A stretch of 64,000 nt of DNA from Ginglymostoma cirratum (taxonomy: Eukaryota), in assembly GCA_024137785.1 (NCBI GenBank), contig JAHRHZ010000062.1, forward strand, positions 27,266,244 through 27,330,243, read 5' to 3'. The position numbers were made by a program, and so were the translations under genes. Below, piece by piece: positions 37,970 through 51,237 of the stretch. Position 1 is the first letter of the stretch. The number at the start of each line of letters is the position of its first letter. The notes below the pieces were generated by a model, which saw nothing but the letters and a program-made list of their open reading frames with translations, ran no database searches and was not told the origin of the DNA.

Positions 37970-38880
37970 ATATGAAGAGAAATTCTGACAAAGGATTGGG
38001 AGCTCATGTTTGTCTTTGCAGCCTAACTGAAACATCCACAATTTATGGAGACTGAAACGAAGCTAAAAACAAAATGAACATTTTCTACTTTGTTGCGATC
38101 TGAATGCAAATTGAACTTAAAGTTGCACTAGTTTTTTGTGGTTTAAGTGTATAGTCAAATTTGTCTTCATATTGTGAACATAAAATCATATTGTGAACCA
38201 GTGCAATCTTTTGCACTAAACTCTTTTAGAACGTAACTTTCAAAAATAAAGAAATTAAAAGTTCCCTGATATTTAAGAGGGGTAACCAAGTAACATTTTG
38301 TATATGCAGCTAAAGATCAGTTTATCACAAAAAAAAAGTTTTCAAATGGAGCGTTGATTCCACCACAGGACTAATATTATTTTAGGTAACAGAAAAATAC
38401 TTCTTTTTTCAAAAACATTGTAAAGCAGGATTTACTAGTTACATTGATGTACTTGGGTCATTTCTTAAGTCCAGTGAAGTAAAGGATTTCAAAAGGAACC
38501 TTAGTGTCTTGCTGCTGGAGGCGAAGCTTAATTTTAGGAGCAGTGGCCAAGAACTGGCCATGGGTCAGTTTCCTGCGTCAGCTTTAAATGCAGAAGCTCC
38601 AAGAACTTGATATTCGCTGGATGTGGACTCAGTACAACATCTCATGCTGAAAGATGGAATTTCTGAAAATGTCATGCTCTGTCAATATTGCATTTAATAT
38701 GTGTTCAAATCTTTGGAATGGGAGTTTAATCTATAATCTGCTGAGGATGTGTCCACCTCCTTTTTAAAAATTATTTCTGGAATCAACATCCACTGCACTT
38801 CTAGGTGAATTCTGACAATGTTCTGAGTGAATAAAGGTCTCTGATTTTCCCCTTTGAGTATTTCTGTACATGGACACCGA

Positions 38881-39520
38881 GGGTGGAATTGAATTCTCCC
38901 CCTGCAAGTGGGTAGAAACGTGCCAGGGCCACGTAGTCATGCAGAAAATTTAAATTCAGGACAAGAAGGGAGAAAGATGTCTGTTCTGTCTGAAAACTAA
39001 TAGAGACCCTCAGACCTGTTTTAAGGACTTTATTCTGCAACAGCTAGTGCCCAACCCTAAATGAATGGGGGCCAATCCAGGTGACAAGCTGCCAAGTAAA
39101 CCCTGGGTTATGGCCTTTTGGTGAGTGGTTACTTGTGCAATTTTTGGCCAACAGAGTAACTCAGCCCGTGGATGAACCTGTGCCTGCCTTTTAAGCTGCC
39201 TTCTTGCACCCCTTTCTAGGCCTTCATTGAGCCTTCTATACCTACCTTTCTTACAGGTTCCAGTGACAATCCTGGATGAATTGCAGTACAGGCAGCAGCC
39301 AGTTCTGAGAGTGGGGCTGCCATTACTAGAGAGTTGTCCTCAAATTGGCTAGCAGCTCTCAAGGGGCTGGAAGATCTCCCTGAATAGGCAGGAGGCCCCA
39401 GTGTCAGTGGTTGATTGATGCTAAGTTGGGTCTTGAGGGCTCACAGTGGTGGTGACAAGATTGGCTGGACAGTCGGTGACAATGGACAAATTCAGCATTG
39501 TAAGAATGAAATTCTGGCCC
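38881..39520. mobile_element. Putative non-autonomous Harbinger-type element
   Basis: The ends gggtggaatt and aaattctggccc resemble TIR-like ends near the other Harbinger relics. Similar GC-richer blocks start at 17380 and 39875. Confidence 0.4.
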
Positions 39521-40639
39521 AAGGTCTCTATTCTCGTCTAAAATTTTCAAAATCCAGCCATTTACAGTGCACTGTATTTCTGTGTTAGTAATTTTGCTCA
39601 TTACCATACTGAAATTCTTTTGCAATCCTTCACCGATGCCTACTTTACCATCCTATTGAAGTCATCCTGAAGCCTATAATTATACTCATGTGGATTTTGA
39701 TGCATCTAGATTGTCAATAAAACGCCAAAGAATAAATGACCCGAAATATTAGTGGTTCCCTTAATTAAGGAGAGAGAGTTTTTTTTTTCTGTTGTGTTTA
39801 AGAACTTCGAGGTCATTTAAGAGATCTGTCACAGGGTAGCATTTTTTGATAGCAATGATAAAGGCAGAATCTGAGGGATGGAATTTAATGTCTCTACCAG
39901 AGGGGAGGTCAGAGTCAGGAGTTCTGTGTAATTGTGGGACAGGGTCCATGGAAGAGATCCAAGTCCCTTCAATTTAGTCTAGGGTAGGAAAAGTGAATGC
40001 TGGCCATCTGACCCAGAGATTATGCCTCATCCTGCTGCTGTTGGAGCTGAGCAGTTTTGGCAGATGCCCCTATCCAGACCATGATCTTCTGAGTGCCCCT
40101 CATTCAAAGGCACTCTGCACTGAAACAAAGGCTCCAGCTTCAGGAAGGTCAGAGGAGGGGGCTTAACCCACATTTCTCCTCTCTGCTGCCCTGCAGCTAT
40201 CTGTGGTTGGCATATTGGTTGGTTGGTTGGTTGATGTAGGAGCTGCCAATCTGAGGATGGAAGAGGAGAGATATCACAATTGCCTGACCATGATCTTAGA
40301 GGGGTGCCCCCTCTAGAAGACAGCCAGCAACTGCACTCTGGCCTCACAGCCATTATAGGTCAGGGGCGGTCCGTTGTAGAATTTATCAATCCACCCCCTT
40401 CCAGCCCCAGTCTTCCACAACATTTCACTCTCAAACAATCTCCTTAACTGTGGGCACCCATGCATTATGTCTAAAAATGCCATTTGGCATGGAAGTGAGA
40501 CTTCAAATTATTAATAATTGTCTTCAATTAGTTGCCCACACATTCTGCATAATTTAAAAAGCCCAGTCCAATAGCTGTTGTTAACCATAAGTGCCATTGA
40601 TAATATAGACATATTATTCTGTATATATAAATATAAATA

Positions 40640-41008
40640 TTAAATCCTGAGGTGACTTGACTGGATGGATGGTGAAAGGGTGTCTCCTCTTGTGGGAGAA
40701 TCTGGAACTCAGTTTAAAAATAAGGACGCTCCCATTTAAGACAGCGATGAGGAAAATCATTCCCTCTGGTGGTTGACAGTCTTTGGAATTCCCTTCCTCA
40801 AAAACTAGTGGATGTAGAATCTTTAAATATTTTTAAGGTAGAGGTAGGCAGATTTTGGATTATCAAGGAGCTGAAAGGTCACCGGGGATATCCTGGAATG
40901 TAGAGTTGAGGTTAAAATAAGATCAGCCATGATTCTTATTGAATGGTGGAGCAGGCTTCCAAGGCTGAGTGGCCTACTCTTGTTCCTCTTTTGTATGTCT
41001 GTATGTTC
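40640..41008 (+). mobile_element. CR1 LINE 3' end
   Basis: ctttggaattcccttcc (WNSLP), then tttaaggtagaggtag, then gatcagccatga..ttattgaatggtggagcaggc...ggcctactc. Confidence 0.85.
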
Positions 41009-41019
41009 TCACCTGAAGT

Positions 41020-41410
41020 CAACCATTTGTATTTATGTAACATTTTAAAAAGTTACAAAATGTCCCAATATGATACAAAGGACTGTTCAAAAGCAAAATT
41101 TGACTCTGAGCCACATATTAGCACTGATGGCCAAATGCTTGATCACAGAGGTAGGTCTTAAAGAGCATCTTATAGGAGGAAAGCAAGGCACTGAAGTTTA
41201 GGGAGGAAATTCCAGACCAAAGATCCTAGGCAACTGTGAGGCATGGCCATAAAAGGTGGAGCAATTAAAATCAAATATGCACAAGAGGTAGAGGAACTCA
41301 GGGGTCTCAGATGAGTGTATAAACTCGAGCCATTTTGACTGAGAGCCAATGTAGGTCAGCATGAATTATGCTTGGATTAGTAAGGATGCTGCCAGCAGAG
41401 TTTTAGATGA
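41020..41410 (-). mobile_element. L2-type LINE 3' fragment
   Basis: tttagggaggaaattccaga (reverse: WNFLPK), aagagcatctta, and a tail ending atttgtatttatgtaac. Confidence 0.65.
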
Positions 41411-41589
41411 ATTCAGATCAAGAAACATAAGGAATGTGTGTCTTTGTCCAAGTCACAAAGGATGTAATTTGTGACTTTAAGAACAGTTTTTGTTTCTCTT
41501 TCCAACAGCAGTTGCTGTTAGCTTTTCGACTCTATTTCCAATTCTTTCCTTTTAGCCTTTATCTGTTTATATTCCTCTTCACACTCGTA

Positions 41590-42680
41590 CTCAATTCCCT
41601 TTGAGAAGACGTTATGGTTTATGCTTCAGTAACCATCTGTGTTAGAGCATTCCATATTGTAATAACCCTTTGTGTGAAAAACAATATTCTAAGGTGTCCC
41701 TCGGTACTTCTGGTGCTAAAGCTAAAACTAAGCTCTGAATTGTTCCTGATTCCCGATTTACCGACTAGTAGAAACAATCTTTCATTGCCTAACCTCCTCA
41801 AACCTTTAACAATTTTGTAAACTTCAATCAGTTTCTCCTGTCTTCTGTTAAAGTGAAATGCAATGCAAATTGTGTGTAGTTCTTCACAACTATAACCTTT
41901 CATTATGACATAATTCCGGTTAATCTTTTCTGTACTTTTTCCGTAACATTAATATCTCTTCCTTTTAAGTAGATAACCACAATTGTACGCACAACTGTGA
42001 CCCAAACAATTTATTTGACAAATTCAAATTCATTTTTCTGCTTTATATTCAGTGTCTTGATATGTGAAACCAAGAATTGCCTTTATGTCTTCTATTGTTC
42101 TGTTTAAAGATTCTTCTGTTCTCGCATTTATTTCTATTGGTTTATTTCAAAACCACTGATGTTTTCTCAAAAACCTGTACGCGCATAACCCCAAACACTT
42201 GCGGCACACAAATTTACTATCCTTCTAAATTTGTACCAAATGAAAAAGAGAATGACTTGCATTTATGTGGTTACTTGTATGGTCACTAGATATCTCAAAG
42301 TGCTTTAGAGCCAATGGATTACTTTTTACTATGTTATAATTCAGGAAACAAAAGCAACAAATATTGATATTATTCACCATGTATTTAAATAGGTGGAAAA
42401 CAAAATGTACATTCTTGAGGCACAATCCATATTCTGTCAATTTCATAACAAATTTATTCATCCATATCTCTGGCCTCTGCCCCGTGCTGTGCTCTATCCA
42501 GAGTTTACATGCCCTTTAATAGCCTGTGTCCCAAATTCGCACAATTCTCTCATGTGACATCTAATCAAACATTTTCTGAAAATCTGTATATACAGCATTA
42601 CATTTGCTTTGTCTACATACTGTTTAATTTTACAATTAAATTAGCCAAGCATGACCTGCCCTTTAGAAATCTATCCAACC
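41590..42680 (-). mobile_element. Highly decayed CR1 pieces
   Basis: The ORF track gives LIEVYKIVKGL...FFTQRVITIWNAL (41619-41903) and FLKGRSCLANL (about 42640-42670), both CR1 ORF2 motifs. Confidence 0.7.
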
Positions 42681-45600
42681 TGTCCCTGATGATTTCTGTA
42701 AGTGCTCTGAATGCATAAGTATTCTGTATTTTTATAGAAGACAATGAGGTAGACAGATTCTTTATCATATTTTGCTGATGTCTTGACTCTGATTGCAACT
42801 TGATCAGTATGCCATGTACATATTCAACACTGCAAATAGGATGAGATAATTTGGTGGTTGGATCTGTTCCTAATTTGATGATGTAAGTTGTAATGGAAAT
42901 ATAAGTGTAACTTTAAAATGTTCCAAACCGTTGCATGTGCAGCTAAACTGCGTCTGCACTTCACCACGTGTTAAGTTTACTTGACAGTATTTTCTTTAAG
43001 TTTAGGGATGTGTATGGCCTGCTTGGTGTGGTATGCCAGAAGAAAGAAAAATATTTATTGGTTTAACCAGCAAACCTCTTGCATTGAACAAATAATAGTT
43101 TATTGCATGTTGACAATTAGTTACAGTTACATTAACATTAAAATACAGTGAAATGGCACACATAAAGAGAACCTGGATGTTAAGTCTTACTTCCTTGAGA
43201 TCCTAAGCAGTTCTGTCCATAAGTCCACATGATATTATCATAGTGGGTGCTGCTTATTCCACAAGTCAGTATTAGCCTGTTCAGATCCATAGATATCACC
43301 CCAAGTTCTTTTTTCCCCTCTTTATTAATATTACACATTTGTGTATATAATTACATTCACCAGTTTATTTCAAGTCAATGAAACAACATGTTGGGAGGAG
43401 TACGTAACAGGTGGCTGATATAATACTGTCTATTTTGTGTCTTCGTCGTATCTACTTTCATCCAGAGAGTGATAGCCTAACAATGAAACCTCTCATAATG
43501 AAGCATGCCACGTTCATTGACATTGTTGTGGCAGTTTCAAATAAGCTACAAAGGGGAATCCTTCCTTGTTGAACATGGTACCAGGCATTGGCTAGGAAGC
43601 AGACTTGGCCATATGTGAGTGTAAATGAGGACTCTTAGGAGTTGGGGGAAATCACCAACCTGTAAAATGACAGAAAATGGAGTATGTGATACCACGATAT
43701 AATAACTTAATCATGTTCTTGTATCAAATCAAAAGACAATGCTGGCTTTATTGAGCTTCTCGAAATTAAGCTGAAAGTTGGGGGAGACACTGAAGTGTGC
43801 TCAGATGCAACAGTGTAAATCTCTGACCTATTTTCCACAGCCATCTGCCTGATTTATTATTACAAGCTCTTTTAAAATGAGACAGCTAATAAGAGTTATG
43901 AGTATCTGTAAACTCCTTTTGTTTGCATGAATCCTGATTACATCAAAGGAAATGGGTTGGAGGAGTGACAGAGCCCAATGGTATGCAAAAGTTAGTCTAT
44001 TATGTGCAAAGTCCATACTGAAGAATCCCAGGTTAGTGATTATAATTGCCTTAATTTTTATTCGTGTTTACTCGCACTTTTCAGTTTGTAACTCCAGCCA
44101 CTTAGCAGATAATGTTAAGTCTAAGGAAAGATATCCAACACGTCAGCAGGAACTAGCAGTAATAAACATAAAGATGATAAGGATCTCTCAAATTCTTGCA
44201 ACAATTTGATCCACGGAAGAGAAAGTGGTGTACGTTTAATTAATAGATGCTTACAATTGCATTAGACTTTTAAATTATTAAGGAGAGTTTTCCCCTTGTC
44301 CAGGTTTAAAGACTGACATTAAAGTGCTGCTTTAGTGAAACTACTCCATGATGCAGATGGTTAAAATCATTGCTAATACTGCTGCTCCTCATTTAGGTGC
44401 ACACTGGATTGAGTTCTAGAGTGGATCAGTACTTGAGTGGTACACCTAAGCAAAATTGTTAAATGAATAGAAGCAGTCTTAACATTGATATAACGTAGTT
44501 GATATTTGGAATAATGGCAACAATGGCTTTGGTTAGGCTGTCATTCATTATTGATCCAGTTTTAACTATCATCGCACATCACCTTGACTAAATTCAGTCC
44601 TTGATTTCATAAGGGTACTGAGTGAAAGTCTAGTTCAAGATATGATCAGGTCCATATGCAGCAGAAATGTAAAGACTTTGCTTGTGATACTGTGTTTGCC
44701 CCTGATCTGTAATCTGTGTTGGTTTGATAATATTGGCTTAGTTGCCCCATTAACATTACATTTCAAAGCAGGGCTTTTTCCATCATGGACAATATTTCTA
44801 TAATACAGACATCCTCAAATTGTTAGAACACTTCTCAATTTGTGGTGAGTTTTAGGAAAGAAGACTATAAGAAAAGATGCCAGAACACCAGATGCTATAC
44901 AGGACACTTCAGTGAATTAACTCCTAGATCCTCTCTCACCACCCACAGTGTTTGGCTTCTTCAGATAATTACTCTTGGCAAAGGGATGTAGAAGATATGT
45001 CACAGCCAGAACTCTGATAGATATGATAAACATCACCAGATAAATAATGAGTGGGGTTGTGGTCAGGCTTGCTGGTGGAGATCTTTATCCTGTCTTAGTG
45101 ATGGCCCTGATATCCTCTGTTTATAACATCTGTGGTATGTATTTAACTAATAATAATAAATTCTAATAAGTATTTTTACAGTCCAAGAAAAACAGTTGAA
45201 GCTGCTTTCAAATCTTGCTTTGTCATACCTCTGGAAAAATAATTTTTATTGCCGCCTTATTCTGCAAAGGAGGAGGAAAAGCAAAAAAATGAAGAAGAAT
45301 AAAAAATAGCTGCAGGCTAGTCATCTGTATGTAAGCACCACCTTTGTGTAAACCTTGTTATTTCACTGATATGCATATTCATGAAGGCTCATTGAACTCC
45401 AAAAAATGTTCCTATGCAGGACCTAAGTATGAATTTTCCAAAGGCCAGAACACATTGTGTTGTGTGCGGTTGTACTGGAAATCTGAACGCTATCTACAGA
45501 GGCTTGCAGAGAGAATATTAGGCAGGCCAGTGGCAATCTTGTTACTAATCCATTTCAATGACAATTACTGGAATGACATTCATACTGCATGTTGACAAGG

Positions 45601-46930
45601 ATCTGATAACTTGAATAAATTTAAATATATGAACACAATCTGTGACAGGTATTTGAGGCAGCAAATTGTACAGCAACAAATCCACATGGGGGCTTAAACA
45701 TTTACAGATGCATTGTATTACAGCTAAACTTAGTTATGTGTACGCAAGTTTATGGAATGGAATGTTGGCCATGCCCATTGATTTAACAGCCACATGAAAT
45801 ATGTTTGGATAAATGGAGATTTTACCTGCACGTTGACTTATTTCTGAATTTGTGACATACCTGTTGGTCATTCTCACAATCTTATTATTCCAACTTAGAT
45901 TGTGCTAAAGTTGATGTGGTGTTAAACCTAGTGAAGGTCTGAACTTAAATAAACTCTTAATCAACAAATTCATCTGATCCCAAAAACAGAGGTGGAGCGA
46001 TAGGGAGAGTAGGAAAGGAGCAGGTCGGATGTTGTTGCTATATGTAATACTAAACAATATAAGCTAGAAGGGACCAAAGCTCATTATCCAGTTATACTGA
46101 GCCAGTTATTCAGTTCCAGAAATGCAGTGGAAGGTTTAATCAGAGGCTAATGGATGAGGGTGGGGTAGGGCAAGAAGCAGTCTGAGATGCTACTTCTGAT
46201 TGCTATACTTGTTGGAAATGATAGAAATCGTGCTTGACTCTGAAGCCTTCCATGACTGAATAACCTTTTGATGCCCCTTCACCATGTATCATGACCCACA
46301 TAAGCAAGTGGTATTTGAAGAAGGTACAGGCAGCAGTTGATGCCCATGGACCCGTACTCCAGCATGGGACAGTACCTCAGCAATAGAAGGGAGAAACAGA
46401 CCCATCAACCTGAATATATTTACGACCCATGGCAGCCATTTGATTGAAGAAAGACTATGTCTTTATCATGGTTTGACAGGTTGAGATCTGAGTACACTTG
46501 TACCAGCAGAAAACAGTCCGTCAAACTGTGAATGGTTTTTAAACTCACCGGGAAAAGACATGCTGCATAAAGACACAGTCACCAGTGAAAATGCAGTGTG
46601 CTAACAGGGAGGTAGCACTTTGATAGTTTATGAAATGCTGTCTATTTGGTGTTTGCACAGAGGTGCTCTGACGAATGAAAGTATGGGAAGTTATACCTCA
46701 AGAAACAGAAGACAAAACACTTTCAGCAAGAATCCTTGACTCCTGACACAAAAGGGAAAACAATGTAGCCTGAGGGCCTTTGATGTGATGATGTGAAATT
46801 GGTAGAGATTAATAGGTTAAGGGAGACCATTGTGGGAGTCTGTGTGCACACGTACACTATCACTGCTATATAATCCTTGTCAAAATGCATTTGTTCTGTG
46901 TGTGATCAGAGTTCTTGTTGTCTTTAGCAG

Positions 46931-47051
46931 GTTCAGGGTCACATGCCTCCACTCATGATCCCAATTTTTCCACACGACCAACGGACATTGGCAGCGGCTG
47001 CCGCAGCCCAGCAGGGATTCCTCTTCCCCCCAGGGATAACATACAAACCAG
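46931..47051 (+). CDS. SOX6: SOX6 internal coding exon (121 nt, just after the coiled-coil/Q-box region)
   Basis: Translates to [40 protein letters not shown]+G, which I recognise as vertebrate SOX6 (SOX5 reads VQGQLPPLMIPVFPPDQ). Acceptor ttgttgtctttagcag, donor gtgagc. Phase 0 start, phase 1 end. Confidence 0.96.
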
Positions 47052-47191
47052 GTGAGCTTTTTAACAATGAGTTCCTTAACTGCATGGAAAGAAAAACATT
47101 TTATTGAGTACTCATTTACAATATTGTATAAAATGCCGGTGTCTTTTCTTGCAAAGGAAAATGTTTTAAAATAGATCTTGAACACAGTACA

Positions 47192-47378
47192 GGGATAAAA
47201 GGTACTGCAGATGCTGGAGAATCAGAGATAACAAGGTGTGGGGCTGGATGAACACAGCAGGCCAAGCAGCATCATAGGACCCTTCTGATGAAGGGTCTAG
47301 GCCCGAAACGTCAAGTTTTCCTGCTCCTATGATGCTGCTTGGCCTGCTGTGTTCATCCAGCCCCACGCCTTGTTATCT
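47192..47378. mobile_element. Palindromic Penelope-tail element with intact hammerhead-like core and long TSD
   Basis: Inverted arms agataacaaggtgtggggctggatgaacacagcaggccaagcagcatcatagga and its complement. Core ctgatgaagggtctaggcccgaaacgtc at 47285-47312. Direct repeat atcttgaacac(a/c)gtaca at 47175-47191 and 47375-47391. Confidence 0.9.
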
Positions 47379-47936
47379 TGAACACCGTACACTTTGTTAC
47401 ATCTTTTATTTTCCCCTCTTATTCCTTGCCTATCCTTTCCTAAAGGAAGCAAATCATCCTATTATATTATTACGTTGAGTTCAGGTGACATTACTTTATC
47501 TGTGACCCTCTGCCATCAGTGATGTCAGGCTAACTATCAGTGAAATTGCTTTTCTAATAAACCACTCTCTCATTAAACTTGGCTGTGTGGTCCTTTTAGG
47601 TGCTGTTTCTCTGCAGGTCTGCTGGAAGTGCAGTGCAAGAGCTTTGAATTAAAGTCGTGACCTGGGTATGTCAGGTTTAAACTCACGTTTCAAATTTCCA
47701 AGAGGCCTATTTGGGATAGAACTTGGCCCAAAAGTGGCACCCTGCATCAGCTGGCATATGAACAAAGAGGAAAAATTCCCAGGCCAGGACTTTCCTTGAC
47801 AATCCTGGACACCTGTGAAAATGCCAAGCAGTCAGCACACTGAGAGTTGCATGGAGGACTGGCCTTCGAACCAGTTTTAGTTGGGGAACTGCTTCTTTCT
47901 TTAACTTGACTTGCAGCAAAAGAACTTCTGGACTTC

Positions 47937-48165
47937 TGTGACAACACAGTGTGGAGCTGGAGGAACACAGCAGGTCAGGCAGCATTAAAGGTCAGGAAAG
48001 TTGATGTTTCAGGTCAGGACCCTTCTTCAGAAAAAGGGTCTGTTTCTGAAGAAGGGTCCTGACTCGAAACATCAACTTTCCTGCTCCTCTGAAGCTGCCT
48101 GACTTGCTGTGTTCCTCCAGCTCCACAATGTTGTCTCTGACTCCTGCATCTGCAGGTCTTGCTAT
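47937..48165. mobile_element. Palindromic Penelope-tail element with two opposed hammerhead-like cores
   Basis: Inverted arms of about 90 nt. Cores at 48003-48030 (-) and 48046-48073 (+). TSD ttctggacttc at 47926-47936 and 48166-48176. Confidence 0.9.
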
Positions 48166-48199
48166 TTCTGGACTTCCATGCTTGGATTCATCAACAAAC

Positions 48200-49190
48200 A
48201 AGTCTCCAGGATGTGATGCATTCCAGCATGCTTAGGAAAGTAAGGGGGAAATTGTGAAGGCACTAGCTTTAATCTTCCAATCCTCCTTTAAATAGGGGGT
48301 GGTGACCGAGTGCAGGATGATTCCAAATCTTAAAGATATAAAGATATAGGATAAAGAAATAACAATAAACCCAGCAACGACAAGCAAAGCTGTCTAATCT
48401 CAATGGGGGGCAAGATTTTAGGCATTAATGACAAAATTACCAATCACTTTGACATGTGTGGATTAATTGGGGAAAACCAGCATGGATTTGTTAAAGGCAA
48501 TTGTGATAACAGAGCTGGTGATGACAGTAATGGTGTTATAGATGGATGCGTAAGCACTATATGGTGTTTGACAAATTGCCAGCAACATTAAAGTCCATGA
48601 AATAGAAGGGACAGTGGCAATGTGGATACAATGTTGGCCGAGTGACAGGAAACACTGGGTGGTGGTTAGTGGTATTTTTTTCTCAGACCGAAGGAAGATA
48701 TGCCGCGCACATCCACAACCATCTGTACTCGGCCTACCTGCTTTCCTTGATATAGATTGATAACCTAGATCTGGGTGTGCAGGGCACAAATTCAAAATTT
48801 GCAGATTACACAAAATTTAGAAGTTTTGTAAAGTGAGAGGCAAATATTGATAAACTTCAAAAGAGCATGGAGAGGCTGGCAAAATGATGGACAAATAACA
48901 GATGGATTTTTATGTTGAAAAGTGTGAAGTGCACGTTTCAATTGGAAGAACATGGTGAGAATATTAGAAGTGAAAGATATATTGAAAACGAGGCAGCTGA
49001 AGGTACATGTGCACAAATCATTGAAAGTGGGAGGGCAGATTGAGAACCCAGTAAAAGATCACAAAGGGACTTTGAGTTTTCTAAGTGGGGACATAGAGTA
49101 TAAATGCAAAGAATGTAGGCTAAATATTTATTATATTGTAATTTAGCCGAAACTGGAGTATTAAGCCCAATTCTGAGCCCTGCATTTGGA
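48200..49190 (+). mobile_element. Decayed CR1 ORF2 (RT region)
   Basis: GLIGENQHGFVKG motif, aaaatttgcagattacacaaaa (FADxTK-like), and GDIEYK. Confidence 0.8.
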
Positions 49191-49744
49191 TGCTGTGAAT
49201 CACCAGTCACTTCTGTTTGCCATGCAAAAATACCCTTCATAATTTATGGGAATTTATTAAAACTATAAATGTTTAGCTACTCTTTACAGTACTATATGTA
49301 GTAAATTTATGCGCATCAATTTTTAAAATTAAACACCATGAGTAAATTATAAATTCTCACCAGTACAAATGTATAGAGATTTTCATATTATGAATATTAA
49401 TACTACATTCAACATGTTTATTTGAAATATTCTAATATTTGTTACAAAATTCTCTCAATTTTTTGGGAAGCTATACTTTGTTCAATATTAATCAAACAAA
49501 ATGAACAATAACATAAATGTTATTTATATAACCATGTTCCTTTTTGCTCGTGCTATGGCTCCACATGTGGAAGCTAGCTCAGTTGTGTGGCGTTATGCGA
49601 GTGGTAGGGATGTTTCTGGCTTTTTGTTTATGTAGCCTCAGTCATGATATTGGGTGTGAGTAATATGCATTTTGGACTAGCCTGCAGTCCATCTGGAGGA
49701 CTTTTTGCAGGTTTACTGTGGCCCAGAGACTACAGTTTGAGAAT

Positions 49745-51230
49745 CGTTAATCTGTAAGACCACATTTAGAATGCTGTGTCTAGTCTTGAATCACCTTTCT
49801 AGATGAAAAGGTAAAAGAATCAAGGGGTGCAGTCCAGATTTACTAGAATGCAACTTGATATGAGGTCATCCAAATATAAAGAAATACTTGCAAAATCAAA
49901 TAGAAGAGATTTGTGGAATTATTTGATATGGTTGTTTGAAATTATAGATTCATAGTCATAGAGATATACAGCACAGAAACAGAAGTTTCGGTCCAACTCG
50001 TCTATGCCAACCAAATATCCTATATAAATCTAGTCCCAGTTGCTAGCAGTTGGCCCATAAGCCTCTAAACCCTTCCTATTCATATACCCATCCAGATGCC
50101 TTTCAAATGTTGTAATTGTACCAGCTTCCACCACTTCCTCTGGCACCTCATTCCATACACGCACCACTCTCTGCGTGGAAGAAGTTGTCCCTCAGGTCCC
50201 TCTTATATCTTTCTCCTTAAACCTACGCCCTGTAGTTTTGGACTGGCCCACCCCAGGGGGGAAAAACCTTGCCTATTCGCCCTATCCTTGCCTCTCATGA
50301 TTTTATAAACCTCTACAACATCACTCCTCAGCCTTCGATGCTGAGGGAGGGAAAATAGCCCCAGCTTATTCCACCTCTCCCTATAACTCAAACCCTCCAA
50401 CCCTCGCAACATCCTCATAAATCTTTTCTGAACCCTTTCTAGTTTCACAATATCCTTTCTGTAGGAGGGAGACCAGAACTGCATGCAATACTCCAGTAGT
50501 GGTCTAACCAATGTCCTGTACAGCTGCAACATGACTTCCCAATTCCAATACTCCATGCACTGACCAATTAAGGCAAGCACACCAAATGCCTTCTTCACTA
50601 TCCTAACTACCTGTGACTCCACTTTCAAGGAACTATGAACTTACACTCCAAGGTCTCTTTGTTCAGCAACATTGTCCAAGACCATATCATTAACTGTATA
50701 AAGTCCTGTCCTGATTTGCCTTTCCAAAATGCAACACCTCACATTTATCTAAATTAAACTCCATCTGCCACTCCTCGGCCCACTGGCCCATCTGATCAAG
50801 ATCCCATCGTACTCTGAGATAACCTTCTTCGCTGTCCACTACACCTCCAATTTTAGTGTCATCTGCAAACCTACTCACCAGGCCTCTTGTGCTCAAATCC
50901 AAACCATTTATATAAATGACAAAAAGTAGTGGACGCGGCACCAATCCTTGTGGCATAGAAAGGATTGATGGAATAGAGTGATTGTAAACCAATGTTTGCA
51001 GTGTTTACAAGATCGAGAAGAGAGCACATAGATTATCAGAGATTGAACAATGAGAGCAGAAAAGAAACATTCTTGTATTAGTGGAAGATTGCGGTATGTG
51101 CCACTTGTGTCAGTATTTGGAAAAGGATGATGTCGGTATTAGATAATCAGTTAGAGAGGTGATTGAAGAGAAGAGCATAAAGGATATTGGATTAAGCTTA
51201 ACCGATACTTACGTTGAAGGTAAGCACCAA
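49745..51230 (+). mobile_element. Old CR1 3' fragment split by a younger CR1
   Basis: gtaagaccacatttagaatgctgtgt (VRPHLE.CV) ... tttgaaattataga resumes as aaggattgatggaatag after 50960. Confidence 0.55.
49949..50954 (-). mobile_element. Young 5'-truncated CR1/HER-type LINE (RT C-terminal half plus 3' UTR)
   Basis: The ORFs give MPQGLVPRPLLFVIYINGLD...RFADDTKIGG...WQMEFNLDKCEVLHFG and LYRTLVRPLLEYCMQFWSPSYRKDIVKLERVQKRF. The tail ends ctatgactatg. Confidence 0.95.
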
Positions 51231-51237
51231 CACAAGT

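Larger units (their letters stand above)
1..46930 (+). other. SOX6: Large SOX6 intron (5' end outside the window)
   Basis: I found no upstream SoxD exon ([23 protein letters not shown] type) in 1-46930. The region is repeats plus unique noncoding sequence. Confidence 0.8.

Noticed and set aside
37603-38055. 150-aa ORF and overlapping ORFs
   Set aside because: They lie over the HE1 SINE, which commonly gives spurious ORFs.
46040-46400. Possible ancient LF-SINE-like element (also about 28040-28230)
   Set aside because: The resemblance is too faint to support without an alignment.
50203-50992. Reverse-transcriptase ORFs as a functional gene
   Set aside because: This is a 5'-truncated, frameshifted CR1 copy with no endonuclease or RT N-terminus.
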